From positions 1 through 51,786 of IMG/VR virus record IMGVR_UViG_3300025104_000002: a stretch of 51,786 nt of DNA. One strand, 5' to 3'. The DNA is from a virus (Duplodnaviria; Caudoviricetes). The notes under the pieces are model-generated. The model searched no databases and was not told where the DNA came from. It was given only the letters and a program-made list of their open reading frames with translations. Position 1 is the stretch's first letter. The number at the start of each line of letters is the position of its first letter. A program made the translations under genes and the position numbers. This document shows, piece after piece, positions 1-9,752 of this stretch.

Positions 1-148
1 CCACTGGAACCGCCCGCATGTCGGCTGGCAGGAACTGACCATGCGTCAGGCACTGCTGACCGAAGGCCACCGGGACTTCCCGACCGTGTTGGCTGACCAA
101 GGGATCGTGCTCAACAACCGTAACCAGACAGGATATTTTCAGACCATG
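1..148. repeat. Terminal direct repeat (circular assembly overlap), copy 1
   Basis: 1-148 matches 51639-51786 except C22 vs T51660 (GTC/GTT, both Val); falls inside a coding region. Confidence 0.95.
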
Positions 149-1654
149 CTGCGCGCATACATGGACGAGTTGCGGCAGAAACGTGCGATGACGAACCTAT
201 ACGCCACGATGGGTTGGAAGGAGAACTTCTCCCAGTTCGTCATTGGTGACACGATTCTGCGCCGCAACGCTGATGGCTCCGTCAGCGAGGAATCAATCGC
301 ATTGGCGTCCGGCTCGGCCCGACTCGGCCACGAGTTGTGGGGCACCGCTGGGTCGCTCGATGCTTGGGTCAACTTCACTTCTCTGGTCGCCAAGGCCGAC
401 CTTCGTGCCCACATGTTTGCGCTTGCCGTGGGTCTGTCCGGCCCGCTGTATGCGTTCACTGGCCTCAAGGGTCTGACCATCTCGCTGTACGGCCCGACAG
501 GCGGCGGCAAGACGCTGGCCCAGATGTGGATTCAGTCCATCTACGGCAACCCGGAGAAGCTGCACTTCGCAGCCAAGTTCACCCAGAACTCGCTGTTCGG
601 TCGCATGGGTCTGTACTCTCACATGCCCATGACCATCGACGAAGTGACCATGATGGACGACCGCGAGGTGGGCGACTTCGCATACTGGGTCAGTCAGGGT
701 CGTGACAAGGCGCGGATGAACCGCAACGCTGAGGAGCGTGACGCGAAGACGTGGGCACTGCCAGTGGTCGTATCCACCAACAAGTCCTTGAGTTCCAAGC
801 TGATCGCCAGTGGTCTGGACACCGACGCGCAGTTGGTCCGTATCCTCGAAGTCAGCGTACCGCCCAGCAAGATATTCACCAAAGACAGCACCGCTGGCCG
901 CAAGGTCTACGAGTTCATCACCAACAACTACGGTCTGGTCGGTCGGGAGTTTCTCAAGAAGCTGTTGGAGCTTGGTGACACCGGCATCCGTGCCACCATC
1001 GCGCAGGCCACCGAGGAGTTCCGCAGCAAGTACAAGGCCAACTTCACGGGCGAGGAGCGGTACTGGGAACAGGCCATCATCCTTGCCGACCTCGCCGCCA
1101 AGCTGGCAAAGGATTGGGGTCTAATCGCCTTCGACCACAAGCCCGGTATCGAGTGGGTTCTGGCTCAGGTCGGTGCCATCCGCCGCGCAGTGGCTGAGTT
1201 CAAGGTCGATGCGTTCGATCTGCTGACCGAGTATCTGAACGAGAACGCCGACGCCACGCTGACGGTGACGCAGACCGGGGCGAACAAACCCGTCGTGGAC
1301 TTCAGCCGCCTCCCCCGTGGTGAACTGCGTGTTCGCTTCGAGATGTATCGCAAGTCAAACGGCGACGCGTTCTCACGAGGTGTCGTGTTCCTCGACCGCA
1401 CCCACTTCCGTCGCTGGCTGGCCCAGCGCGGCGCGGACTACAAGACGTTCATGGGTGAGTTGCAGGAGGAAAACGTCATCGCCACGCCGAAGTCCAACAA
1501 GGCGTACCTCGGCAAAGACTCCCCGATCAAGCTGGGTCAGTCCTATGTGATCGGCGTGAACCTTGCGCACCCACGGTTGCAGGGTATCCTGAGCGACGCA
1601 GACCAAGCCATCGAGGACTTGGCCTACGGTCAACTCAAGTCGGTCACTCCGTGA
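1..1654 (+). CDS. Primase-helicase, C-terminal part (DUF927-like P-loop helicase)
   Basis: Walker A GPTGGGKT, Walker B MTIDE, GRDKAR and STN motifs; same frame as the ORF starting at 50443. Confidence 0.85.
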   Translation, partial: HWNRPHVGWQELTMRQALLTEGHRDFPTVLADQGIVLNNRNQTGYFQTMLRAYMDELRQKRAMTNLYATMGWKENFSQFVIGDTILRRNADGSVSEESIALASGSARLGHELWGTAGSLDAWVNFTSLVAKADLRAHMFALAVGLSGPLYAFTGLKGLTISLYGPTGGGKTLAQMWIQSIYGNPEKLHFAAKFTQNSLFGRMGLYSHMPMTIDEVTMMDDREVGDFAYWVSQGRDKARMNRNAEERDAKTWALPVVVSTNKSLSSKLIASGLDTDAQLVRILEVSVPPSKIFTKDSTAGRKVYEFITNNYGLVGREFLKKLLELGDTGIRATIAQATEEFRSKYKANFTGEERYWEQAIILADLAAKLAKDWGLIAFDHKPGIEWVLAQVGAIRRAVAEFKVDAFDLLTEYLNENADATLTVTQTGANKPVVDFSRLPRGELRVRFEMYRKSNGDAFSRGVVFLDRTHFRRWLAQRGADYKTFMGELQEENVIATPKSNKAYLGKDSPIKLGQSYVIGVNLAHPRLQGILSDADQAIEDLAYGQLKSVTP

Positions 1655-4600
1655 CGCCGTACAGGTCGAGAATCTGCTGAGTCTCGGGCCGCATCGCTTT
1701 CGGTGCGGCCCTCAAGTACCGCTCGGTGGCAGTCCGCTGGGCCTCACGCAGTGCCCGGTTGACGCCATCCTCGAAGTTGCGAATCTCAAGGCCGGTACCC
1801 TTGGCCGCTTCGTTCCAGTCCTTGACCATCTCCATCACTTCGCGGGCACGTTCGTTGTCCTTGGCGATCTTGGCCCCGACGTACATGCCTCGGTACATGG
1901 CGGCAACATCCTTCTGGTAGTCACCGATCCGCTTGGACAAGCGAACCACGTCGTTCTCGGCCACGGCTGAGGCAGGGTAGAAACCCAGCGCACGGGTCAG
2001 CATGGTACCAAGATGCAGGTCGTTGCTCACCACGTAGCCCTTCTGGCTGACGATGGCCCCGGCGTTGTTGTAGGCGTACATGTCGCCCAAAATGCGCAGG
2101 AACGCGACCGGCGACTCACGCAGAATCTTGTTGAGTGATGTGACATCCGGCAGGACACCGACAGTCTCCAGCCCATACTTGGTCAGGTCAGCACCCATTG
2201 CCACAGCACCTTGCAGGAAGGATGCCACCGGGCCAGCGATCTCGATCAGTTCACGCCCCACGTCTGCACCGGCCAGCGCAATGCCGGTGCCGGGGATGAT
2301 GTTGGACAGCGACACCCGGTCGGCCACGTTGGCTGGCGTGATGGTGTTGAGCAGACCGCGCATGAGGATCGGGGTCATGCCGGGAGCGATGGCGTCCAGT
2401 GCTTCAGCCAGCGTCTTCTCGGCGCTGCCCTTCCACACGGCACTCGGGCCAAGCCCAAGTCCTTGGGCGATGGTGTCGATGATGTCCATCAGGTCTTCAG
2501 CGAAGGGCAGACCCTTCAGACCGGCGAACATGGCGAGGATGCCCAGCGCCAGCAGTTGTTCCTTGCGCGGCAGCGCGGCCAGCATCTGAATGCTGTTGAC
2601 CGGGAACATCTTGAACACGAACAGGAACTGCCGCACGTCACCACGGAACATGGCGGGGCGGTTGAACATCGCGTACTCACCGAGCGTGTTGTCGATCATG
2701 TCCACGGCGAACTTGTCGGCCACCTCGAAAGCTGTTGCTTCGTCCTTGCCTTCCGACAGGGCGCGTGCATAGGCCATGCGGAACGCTGCCAAACCTGTTG
2801 CTCGGCGGCTGTGCTGCTCGGTGTAGTTGAACAGCGACATCCACGTCTCAGCCGCCTTCTTGGACAGACCAGAGCGGAACTTGCCTCGGGCAGAACCCAG
2901 CAGCGAGTTGGTCAGCGCGGCCTGCATGGTGCCACCGCCAACTTCCTTCTGCATGAAGCGGGCCTCAGCCTCGGTGAACCCAGATGCAGCCAGCTTGGCA
3001 GGGTCGGCCAGCAGGTCATCCCAGAACTTCACCTCGCTCTGACCGAAGCCCTTCGTGGCACCGATGGCGCGGGAGACTTCGACCGCCGACATACCCCATC
3101 CGAAACCACCGCCGAAGGCGTTCTTCTGGTTGTACCCAGCGAACGCGGGCAGCACGTTGGTCGCCAGCGCGAGGTAGTTCAGGATGGCCGTGGCAAACGA
3201 CGCACCCATGAAGCCGAAAGTTGTTGCCGTGCGGATGAACGACGCAGCTTCGCCCGACGCGAAATCGGTGTAGTCCACGTTGGACTGGGACTCCATGAAG
3301 GCCACGGCGCGACGGCCACGATCCTTGTAGCGATTGCCCATGATTGGCGATTCTTTGATCACGAACGTGAAGTGGTAGTCGTCGAACTCCCGCTTGGCCG
3401 CGAGCTTCGCAGCTTCGGGCATGTTCGGGTCTTTCTCGGCGGCTTCCCACGCAGCCTTGCGGCGGTCATACTCCACCTTGTCACCGAACCACAGGCGGAT
3501 GGAGTCTGGGTCGTTGTCGTCGAACAGGCGGTCGAGGCGGTGCCGGTTCTGCTTGCGGGCCACAGTGGACGCAGTTGCCTCAAGATGCTGCGACACGTAC
3601 TTGATGGTGTTCGGGTCTTCGCCCGGAGTGCCTGCACGCTTGAGGCGGGTACGCGCCTTGGCGTTCTGCTGGGTCAGACCGACGATCAGGCGCTCACGTT
3701 CCTCCGGCGTGATGCTGATGGAGAACCGGGTGATCGCGGAGATGATTTCGTTGAGGTTGGCCTCAGCCGTGGTGGACACGGTTTCGCGGGCTGTCTCGGC
3801 TTGCGCAACAAGTTTGACCTTCTTGATCACAAACTCAGTACCGTCCAGCACCTCCATCTCGAAGCCGCCTTCGACACTATCGAACAGCCCTTGGACACGC
3901 TCAGCTATCGCCTCGGCTTCGGCGCGGCTCTCGACCTGCACGAACAGAAGCTGCTGGCGGTACTGATCCGACACCTTGAAGACGCGACCCGTGCGGGGGT
4001 CAACGGCTTGGATACGCACCTGCCACGAGCCCTCACGACCGAACGGCACGTAGCCACCAGCGATGGATCGTTTGGCGAGCAGTTCAGCATCGGTCTTGCT
4101 CAACTCGAACAGCGCCAGATTCTGGATGGCCTGCTGCATGGCAAAGCGGTCGGGGCCGGAGCGCGGGATGTTGGAGCCTTCTTTCAGCGCCTCGATACCT
4201 TTGAACACATCGTCAGCCTCGGCCTGATCGAAGAAGTCCTGCACGTCCTTGTTGCGGTCGGTGTCGCGGCCCAGCACAGCGGCGTTGAACTTCTTGATGA
4301 AGTCGTTGGCAGCGGCCACGGACTCGCGCTTGGTCAGCATCACGCCACTGTCGTCGATGGTCGAACCCTCGGCCCGCAGGGACAGGTACTTGTCCTCGAT
4401 CTTCTTGAGAAATGCCTTGTCGTTCTCGGTCAGGGCACGACCGAGGAAGCGGGCCACAACACGTTCCACGTTGTCACGCTCACCTTTGGCCGCAGCGAAG
4501 TTCGCCAGCAGCATGTCGATGGCCGACTTGTTCATCGTGTCGCGCACCTCGTTGTACATGATCCACTCAAGGCTCTGCTCGGTCAGGTCGGGCATGGCGG

Positions 4601-7600
4601 GGAACGTCTGCTCCACCTCCTCAAGGTAGGACGGGGCGTCGATGCGCTTCTGGTACTCACGCTCGATGGCCTTGCGCTCCTTGTCGTTGGTGGCGAGGTC
4701 GATCTCACGATCACGCTCGGCCCGCAGGGCGGTACGGCGCTCCTCGGTCATGGGGCGCGGCACGGCGATGGTGTACTTGATGCCCTTCTTGAAGTCCTCC
4801 AGCGTGAACTTGCCACGGGCTGACAGGATGTCGAACACTTCTTGGTTCAGGCGAGCTTCGCCACCCTCGATGGTGATCAGGCTACCCATCTTGCGCAGTT
4901 CAGCTTCGGTCAGGTCGCCCAGCTTCACTCGGCTGGTTACGTTGAGCATGGCCGACGTGCGTGCGATCTGCGCCTCAGTGGCACCCTGCGTGAGTCCACG
5001 ACCCAGCACCTCCACAGCAGGAGACAGAACGGTGCTCATCATCTTGTTGTACTGCGCACGCAGTTGCGCTGCGGTCTTGCTGGTGTCGCGGAAGATTTCG
5101 TACAGGCGGCGGTAGCCTTGGTTCTCCCGCGCTGCGTAGTTCATCGTCTTGAGTTCGCCCTTGACTCGATCCCACACGTCTGCAATGTTGATGCCACGAT
5201 CCTTGACCTGCTGGAACAGGTTGGAGATGTCGAACAGCTTGAAGCTGCGCTGACCGAAGGCATTGGCTGCCGCCACCCGGTTGATCTCGTCGTAGTACTC
5301 ACCGGCCAGCGCGAAGCGGCCAGAGCCATCCGGGTCGGTCATACCTTCGATTGCAGCCATACGCTGGGCCATTACCCGGAAGTCCACGAAGCTGCCACTT
5401 GCTGCACCGTTGCGGACGTAGCGGCGAGACTGGCTCACGAGGTAGCGGGCAATGTCGTCGTCGAAGCGCACACCGAGCTTGTTCAGCGCGTTCTTCACGG
5501 CGTTCCAGAACCGGGCGATGATGTTGGTGTCCAGCATCCCGGCGAAGTCAGCGAGGTATTCCTCAGTGGCCTCACGGCGCGACATACCACGTGCCTTCAT
5601 GGCAGTGTCCACCGCAGCCTTGACCTTGGCGCTGGAGTTGTAGACCGCATCGAGCGCGGCGTTCAGTTCCCGCTCAGTCATCAGACCCCGGAAACCGAAG
5701 TGGCCCAGCGTCTCATGCGCCAGCACGAACCTCAGTTGCTGCTCGGTGGCAACCCGGTCAGCGAAGATGATGACGTTGCCGTCACCGAAGGAGTAGCCCA
5801 CGGCGTTGGCAGTGTCGAAGTCACCCTGCGGGCGCGAGGCTGCGGCCTGCGCATACAGCTTGGGGTTTTTGGCCTTGAAGTCCGCTTGGTTGCGGTAAAT
5901 CTGCACCTTGGGCTTGACGCCCAGCTTGGACAGGAAGGCACTCACCAACATCTTCACACGTCCCAGCGGGATCGGGTTGTTGATCGGCGTGCCGTCGTCG
6001 CGGAAGTAGCGACCATCGCCATAGTCATCGTCGCGACCAATGTTCCAGTCGTCCAGCGAGAACGGTGCCTCGTAGTCTTCGTCGGCAGCGATGTTGTCCT
6101 CGTCGATGATGCGCTCACGCTCGGCGCGAACGTCGTCGGTCATCTCCTCAGTGCTCACACGGAACAACCCCTTGACGGTACCAGAGTATGGGTTGCCATC
6201 GGCGTCGAAGTAGTCGGCCAGCATGTTGCCGTTCTGATCGACGAACAGTTCCATGTCCGCAGCACGGACAGCGGCCCACATATCGCGCAACTTCTTGTTG
6301 GCGTTCTCGCGCTGGGTCTTGTTCAGCGGAACCGTCTTCGTGTTGAGGCTCTTGATGTAGTCGGCCAGCGCGATGGCCGGGTTGCTGCGGGTGTCGTTCT
6401 TCAGGTTGGCGTCGGCTTTGCCGATGATGCCGCTGGCGGGGCCAACACTGGTCTTGTACTTCTTGGCCGTGTCCGCAGGCAGGTTTGCCACTCGCAGTTG
6501 TCCTGCGTCGAGCAGCTTGGTGGCGGTTTCAACCGACAACCCCTTGACCACGGTGGTGATCTGCGGCAGCAGGCCGCGCTGAGTGGCGTAGTCGAACCAC
6601 GGCTTGGACGCACCCTTGGTGGTGCCACGGGTGTAGACCGCTTCAACAGACGGCAGCGCATTGACCAGTTCGACCAGTGCAGCGTCGATGGCGTTCTGCT
6701 GGGCATCCGTGAACACAGTGTTCGCCAGCAGTTCGCGGGCACGCAGGACTGCGGCCTTCGTGTTGGTTTCCTCGCTGGTGAGGTAGGCAAACTCCACCAC
6801 GGTCCTGATCGCATCGCGGAAGTCGCGGATGTCAGTTGCCTCCTCGGCAGCAGCGAACTCGCTGTTGACCAGTTGCAGCGGGGTTTCCTCGATGTCACCA
6901 ACCAGTTGCTCGGCACGCTGCATGGTGGCCTTGCCCTCGGCCACGTCCTTGCGCCACTGGATGCGGACAGGTGCGGGCAGATCGTCGAACGCCGGAGCGC
7001 CCTCGGGCTTCATGTCCTCCCATGCTTCGGCAGGTGGAAGGGCTTCAACCTTTACCGGAGCGGGAGCGGCGGCGGGTGCCGTCGCGGCTTTTGGGGCGGG
7101 AGGAGTCTCATTCTTGTCCTTGCCCTTGTCCTTGCCGCGCTTCAGCGTTTCAGCTTTTGGGGCGGGAGTGGTCGCCTTCTCGCCAGCTTTCTTGGTCTTG
7201 TCGCGCTTCAACGCAGATTGAACAGCGGGTCGCTGCGCTTGCTCTTTGGCTTTGAGGGCTTCACCTTTTCTGGCAGTTTGCTTGTCGGTGGGTACTTCTG
7301 CTCCCACTCCTGCGCCAGTTTGGGATGCTTGGCGTGCAGGTACCGGCGTTGCGCTTGACTCTTGAACGGCACTTGGCGTCTCCCTGACGTTGATCTCCGC
7401 AACTGGGGCACCTTTCTTCAAACCACGAGCACCAGCAGTCCTGGTGGCGCGGGGCTTGGGCTGCGCAGGCGGCAACTTGGTTTTGACCCCCGCAGCACGC
7501 AGAGCGGCTACGCTCGGCTCGCCCTCTTGGGTGAACAGTGGAATCTGGGCACGGCGCTGGGCGGCGGTCTGAGGAATCTCGACCAAGGCTACGGGTAAAC

Positions 7601-9749
7601 CCGTACCCACGCCACGGCGCAGACCTTCGGCACGACTGGGCACCGGAGCCTGACGGCGAGTGAACAGGGGCAACTGCACCGGCTGGGTCGGGCCAGCTTG
7701 GCGCATGGGCATCGGCTGCTGCGGGACATCCTGTTGCTGTGCCTGTTGCAGCGTGAACAGGTCGCGTGCGTTCGCACTCTGCCGCGCAAGCTCCTCAGTT
7801 TGTTGTTGGATGAGTGCTTGCTGCTGAGCCTGCGCCGCCTCGAACTCGCGCTGACGCCGGATGCGGTCTTGGATGACCTGCAACTGGTTCGCCATCTGAG
7901 TGTTGAAGGGACCAGTGGGCGCAAGACCAGCAAACTGGAGCGCACCTTGGCGCGGATCGGCCTGCATGATCGGGGTGGGCGCGGGCGGTTCAGGTAGCGG
8001 AGCCTGCGGCTGCATCCGCGAAGCCAGTTCTTGGGCCGAGATTTGACCACCGAAGACATCCAGCACCCCTTGGGTACCGGGCGCACCGGGCGGGACATTG
8101 CCCTGCTGGCGCAGCATCTGGTCGGGGTAGGCCACAGCATCCGGCCCCATGCCAGCCATGATGACCGGGCCACCCATCGGCGTGACGGGCGGTACCGGGC
8201 CAGGAAGTTGGGGTACAGTGGTGGGGCCAGCCAGTTGCGCCGGAGGAGCAGCCATTGCCCCCATCGGAGTGACCGGGGTGTAGTACGGCTGAACCGCCGT
8301 GCCAGGGCCGGGAGGTTGAGTCTGGGGGGTCGTAGCCAGCGCACCACCGGGGGTTGGATCAGGACTCTGGGCCGGGTTGAGCAGGTTGGCAGGCTGCTTG
8401 CCACGCAGGTTGGCGACAGCACCGATGGGGCCACCGACACCGAAGCCAGCGGCGAACGAGTTGATCAGGCGGTTGACGTTCTCAGGCGACCCGAAGTCTT
8501 GGTCGGACAGCCCCAGCAGCAGAGCTTCCTGACCGAGTTCCGTGGTGCCTTCAGCAGTACCGCCAACCAGACCACCCACAGCGCCACGCTTGAGTAATTC
8601 GCCAGCCCGACCCACCAACGTGGGGGTCTTGGTAATGGTCTGGGTGCCACCGGGGATGGTCTTGGTAACGGAGGAACCGACCCCCATCGGGGCAGGAGCG
8701 CCCACACCCTTGAACACACGGGCTGCCAGCAGGAACTCGGGTAGCGTCTCCATGACAGCGTAAGGCACCGAGCCAGCCAGCGCCGTCAAGCGGGCGTTCA
8801 CATCGTCAGCATCAGCACCTTGCTCACGCAGTTCGCCGTAGATGTCAGCAGCACCCGTGGCAAGGTTCTGACCGTAGGACGCAGCCACAGCACCAGCGAT
8901 ACCGGCTGCTTCACGCAGCAGTTTTTGTTCTGCGGCGTTGAGCGCCTGCCCTTTGGCCTGCTTGGCGAGCGCAGACTTGACGCCTTCCTTCCACGCGGCT
9001 TTGCCCAACATGCTGGAGAACGCAGCGGCAGCACCGCCGACCGGGGTACCGGAGGCAGCGGCACCAGCGAGGAAACCGAGGCCCGCCGTGGCAATGGACT
9101 CGATTATGTTGGGGCCTTGCTGGGCAAAGTTCGCCACCAGCCACTCGACTGCACCGCGACCGGAGTCAATGTCCGTGAACTGGCGTTCGTATGGGCTGGT
9201 CTTGCGCAGGTCTTCCATTTGCTGGGCGACGATGCGACCACCCAACTCCTCGGCACCGGCCAATTGCAGACCGCGACCAGCCAACATCTGCATGACATCG
9301 ACACCGCGACCGAAGTTACGTGCCGCCAGTGTGCCCAGCGAGGGGTTCTTGATGGCCTGAACCAGTTGGCCGTAGGATTGGACGTCCAGCGGCACCCAGT
9401 CGCCGTCAGTGGGCAGCCCCGTGGGGGGGCCACCGAGTAGGCTCTGGGCTTCAAGGATGCCCTGTGCGTCGTCGGCATCGAGGGTGACGCCTTGCACGTA
9501 GAGTTGGTTGCGGGAGCGACTGAACGCAATCGACGGTTGCACCATCTCCGGCATGGTGAACTGATTTTGACGGGCAAGCTGGACACCTAGCCCACCCATC
9601 ATTGCCAGCGTGGACAGGTCGTCGCGCAGCGCGTCAGAACCCGACGCCGACGCTGCGTTCTGAAACCCGAACGGATTTACAACGGCAGAAGGGATGCCGT
9701 TTGCATCCTGATACAGAGGGTTTTCAAACGACAGTCCATTGGTTGCCAT
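1644..9749 (-). CDS. Giant (2701 aa) internal virion/DNA ejection protein with metallopeptidase-like motif
   Basis: Last gene of the virion operon; Ala/Gly-rich N-terminus, Pro/Gln-rich linker, LAHETLGHFG zincin-like motif, helical C-terminus. Confidence 0.7.
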   Translation of the reverse strand: MATNGLSFENPLYQDANGIPSAVVNPFGFQNAASASGSDALRDDLSTLAMMGGLGVQLARQNQFTMPEMVQPSIAFSRSRNQLYVQGVTLDADDAQGILEAQSLLGGPPTGLPTDGDWVPLDVQSYGQLVQAIKNPSLGTLAARNFGRGVDVMQMLAGRGLQLAGAEELGGRIVAQQMEDLRKTSPYERQFTDIDSGRGAVEWLVANFAQQGPNIIESIATAGLGFLAGAAASGTPVGGAAAAFSSMLGKAAWKEGVKSALAKQAKGQALNAAEQKLLREAAGIAGAVAASYGQNLATGAADIYGELREQGADADDVNARLTALAGSVPYAVMETLPEFLLAARVFKGVGAPAPMGVGSSVTKTIPGGTQTITKTPTLVGRAGELLKRGAVGGLVGGTAEGTTELGQEALLLGLSDQDFGSPENVNRLINSFAAGFGVGGPIGAVANLRGKQPANLLNPAQSPDPTPGGALATTPQTQPPGPGTAVQPYYTPVTPMGAMAAPPAQLAGPTTVPQLPGPVPPVTPMGGPVIMAGMGPDAVAYPDQMLRQQGNVPPGAPGTQGVLDVFGGQISAQELASRMQPQAPLPEPPAPTPIMQADPRQGALQFAGLAPTGPFNTQMANQLQVIQDRIRRQREFEAAQAQQQALIQQQTEELARQSANARDLFTLQQAQQQDVPQQPMPMRQAGPTQPVQLPLFTRRQAPVPSRAEGLRRGVGTGLPVALVEIPQTAAQRRAQIPLFTQEGEPSVAALRAAGVKTKLPPAQPKPRATRTAGARGLKKGAPVAEINVRETPSAVQESSATPVPARQASQTGAGVGAEVPTDKQTARKGEALKAKEQAQRPAVQSALKRDKTKKAGEKATTPAPKAETLKRGKDKGKDKNETPPAPKAATAPAAAPAPVKVEALPPAEAWEDMKPEGAPAFDDLPAPVRIQWRKDVAEGKATMQRAEQLVGDIEETPLQLVNSEFAAAEEATDIRDFRDAIRTVVEFAYLTSEETNTKAAVLRARELLANTVFTDAQQNAIDAALVELVNALPSVEAVYTRGTTKGASKPWFDYATQRGLLPQITTVVKGLSVETATKLLDAGQLRVANLPADTAKKYKTSVGPASGIIGKADANLKNDTRSNPAIALADYIKSLNTKTVPLNKTQRENANKKLRDMWAAVRAADMELFVDQNGNMLADYFDADGNPYSGTVKGLFRVSTEEMTDDVRAERERIIDEDNIAADEDYEAPFSLDDWNIGRDDDYGDGRYFRDDGTPINNPIPLGRVKMLVSAFLSKLGVKPKVQIYRNQADFKAKNPKLYAQAAASRPQGDFDTANAVGYSFGDGNVIIFADRVATEQQLRFVLAHETLGHFGFRGLMTERELNAALDAVYNSSAKVKAAVDTAMKARGMSRREATEEYLADFAGMLDTNIIARFWNAVKNALNKLGVRFDDDIARYLVSQSRRYVRNGAASGSFVDFRVMAQRMAAIEGMTDPDGSGRFALAGEYYDEINRVAAANAFGQRSFKLFDISNLFQQVKDRGINIADVWDRVKGELKTMNYAARENQGYRRLYEIFRDTSKTAAQLRAQYNKMMSTVLSPAVEVLGRGLTQGATEAQIARTSAMLNVTSRVKLGDLTEAELRKMGSLITIEGGEARLNQEVFDILSARGKFTLEDFKKGIKYTIAVPRPMTEERRTALRAERDREIDLATNDKERKAIEREYQKRIDAPSYLEEVEQTFPAMPDLTEQSLEWIMYNEVRDTMNKSAIDMLLANFAAAKGERDNVERVVARFLGRALTENDKAFLKKIEDKYLSLRAEGSTIDDSGVMLTKRESVAAANDFIKKFNAAVLGRDTDRNKDVQDFFDQAEADDVFKGIEALKEGSNIPRSGPDRFAMQQAIQNLALFELSKTDAELLAKRSIAGGYVPFGREGSWQVRIQAVDPRTGRVFKVSDQYRQQLLFVQVESRAEAEAIAERVQGLFDSVEGGFEMEVLDGTEFVIKKVKLVAQAETARETVSTTAEANLNEIISAITRFSISITPEERERLIVGLTQQNAKARTRLKRAGTPGEDPNTIKYVSQHLEATASTVARKQNRHRLDRLFDDNDPDSIRLWFGDKVEYDRRKAAWEAAEKDPNMPEAAKLAAKREFDDYHFTFVIKESPIMGNRYKDRGRRAVAFMESQSNVDYTDFASGEAASFIRTATTFGFMGASFATAILNYLALATNVLPAFAGYNQKNAFGGGFGWGMSAVEVSRAIGATKGFGQSEVKFWDDLLADPAKLAASGFTEAEARFMQKEVGGGTMQAALTNSLLGSARGKFRSGLSKKAAETWMSLFNYTEQHSRRATGLAAFRMAYARALSEGKDEATAFEVADKFAVDMIDNTLGEYAMFNRPAMFRGDVRQFLFVFKMFPVNSIQMLAALPRKEQLLALGILAMFAGLKGLPFAEDLMDIIDTIAQGLGLGPSAVWKGSAEKTLAEALDAIAPGMTPILMRGLLNTITPANVADRVSLSNIIPGTGIALAGADVGRELIEIAGPVASFLQGAVAMGADLTKYGLETVGVLPDVTSLNKILRESPVAFLRILGDMYAYNNAGAIVSQKGYVVSNDLHLGTMLTRALGFYPASAVAENDVVRLSKRIGDYQKDVAAMYRGMYVGAKIAKDNERAREVMEMVKDWNEAAKGTGLEIRNFEDGVNRALREAQRTATERYLRAAPKAMRPETQQILDLYGVTE

Positions 9750-9752
9750 GTG

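Noticed and set aside
1-148. Terminal repeat as a biological direct terminal repeat
   Set aside because: It lies in the middle of the primase-helicase gene and looks like an assembly overlap of a circular contig
2211-7358. Long plus-strand ORFs (870 and 838 aa) antisense to the giant gene
   Set aside because: Shadow ORFs expected from GC-rich codon bias; no motifs or SD, unlike the intein-nested HNH ORFs
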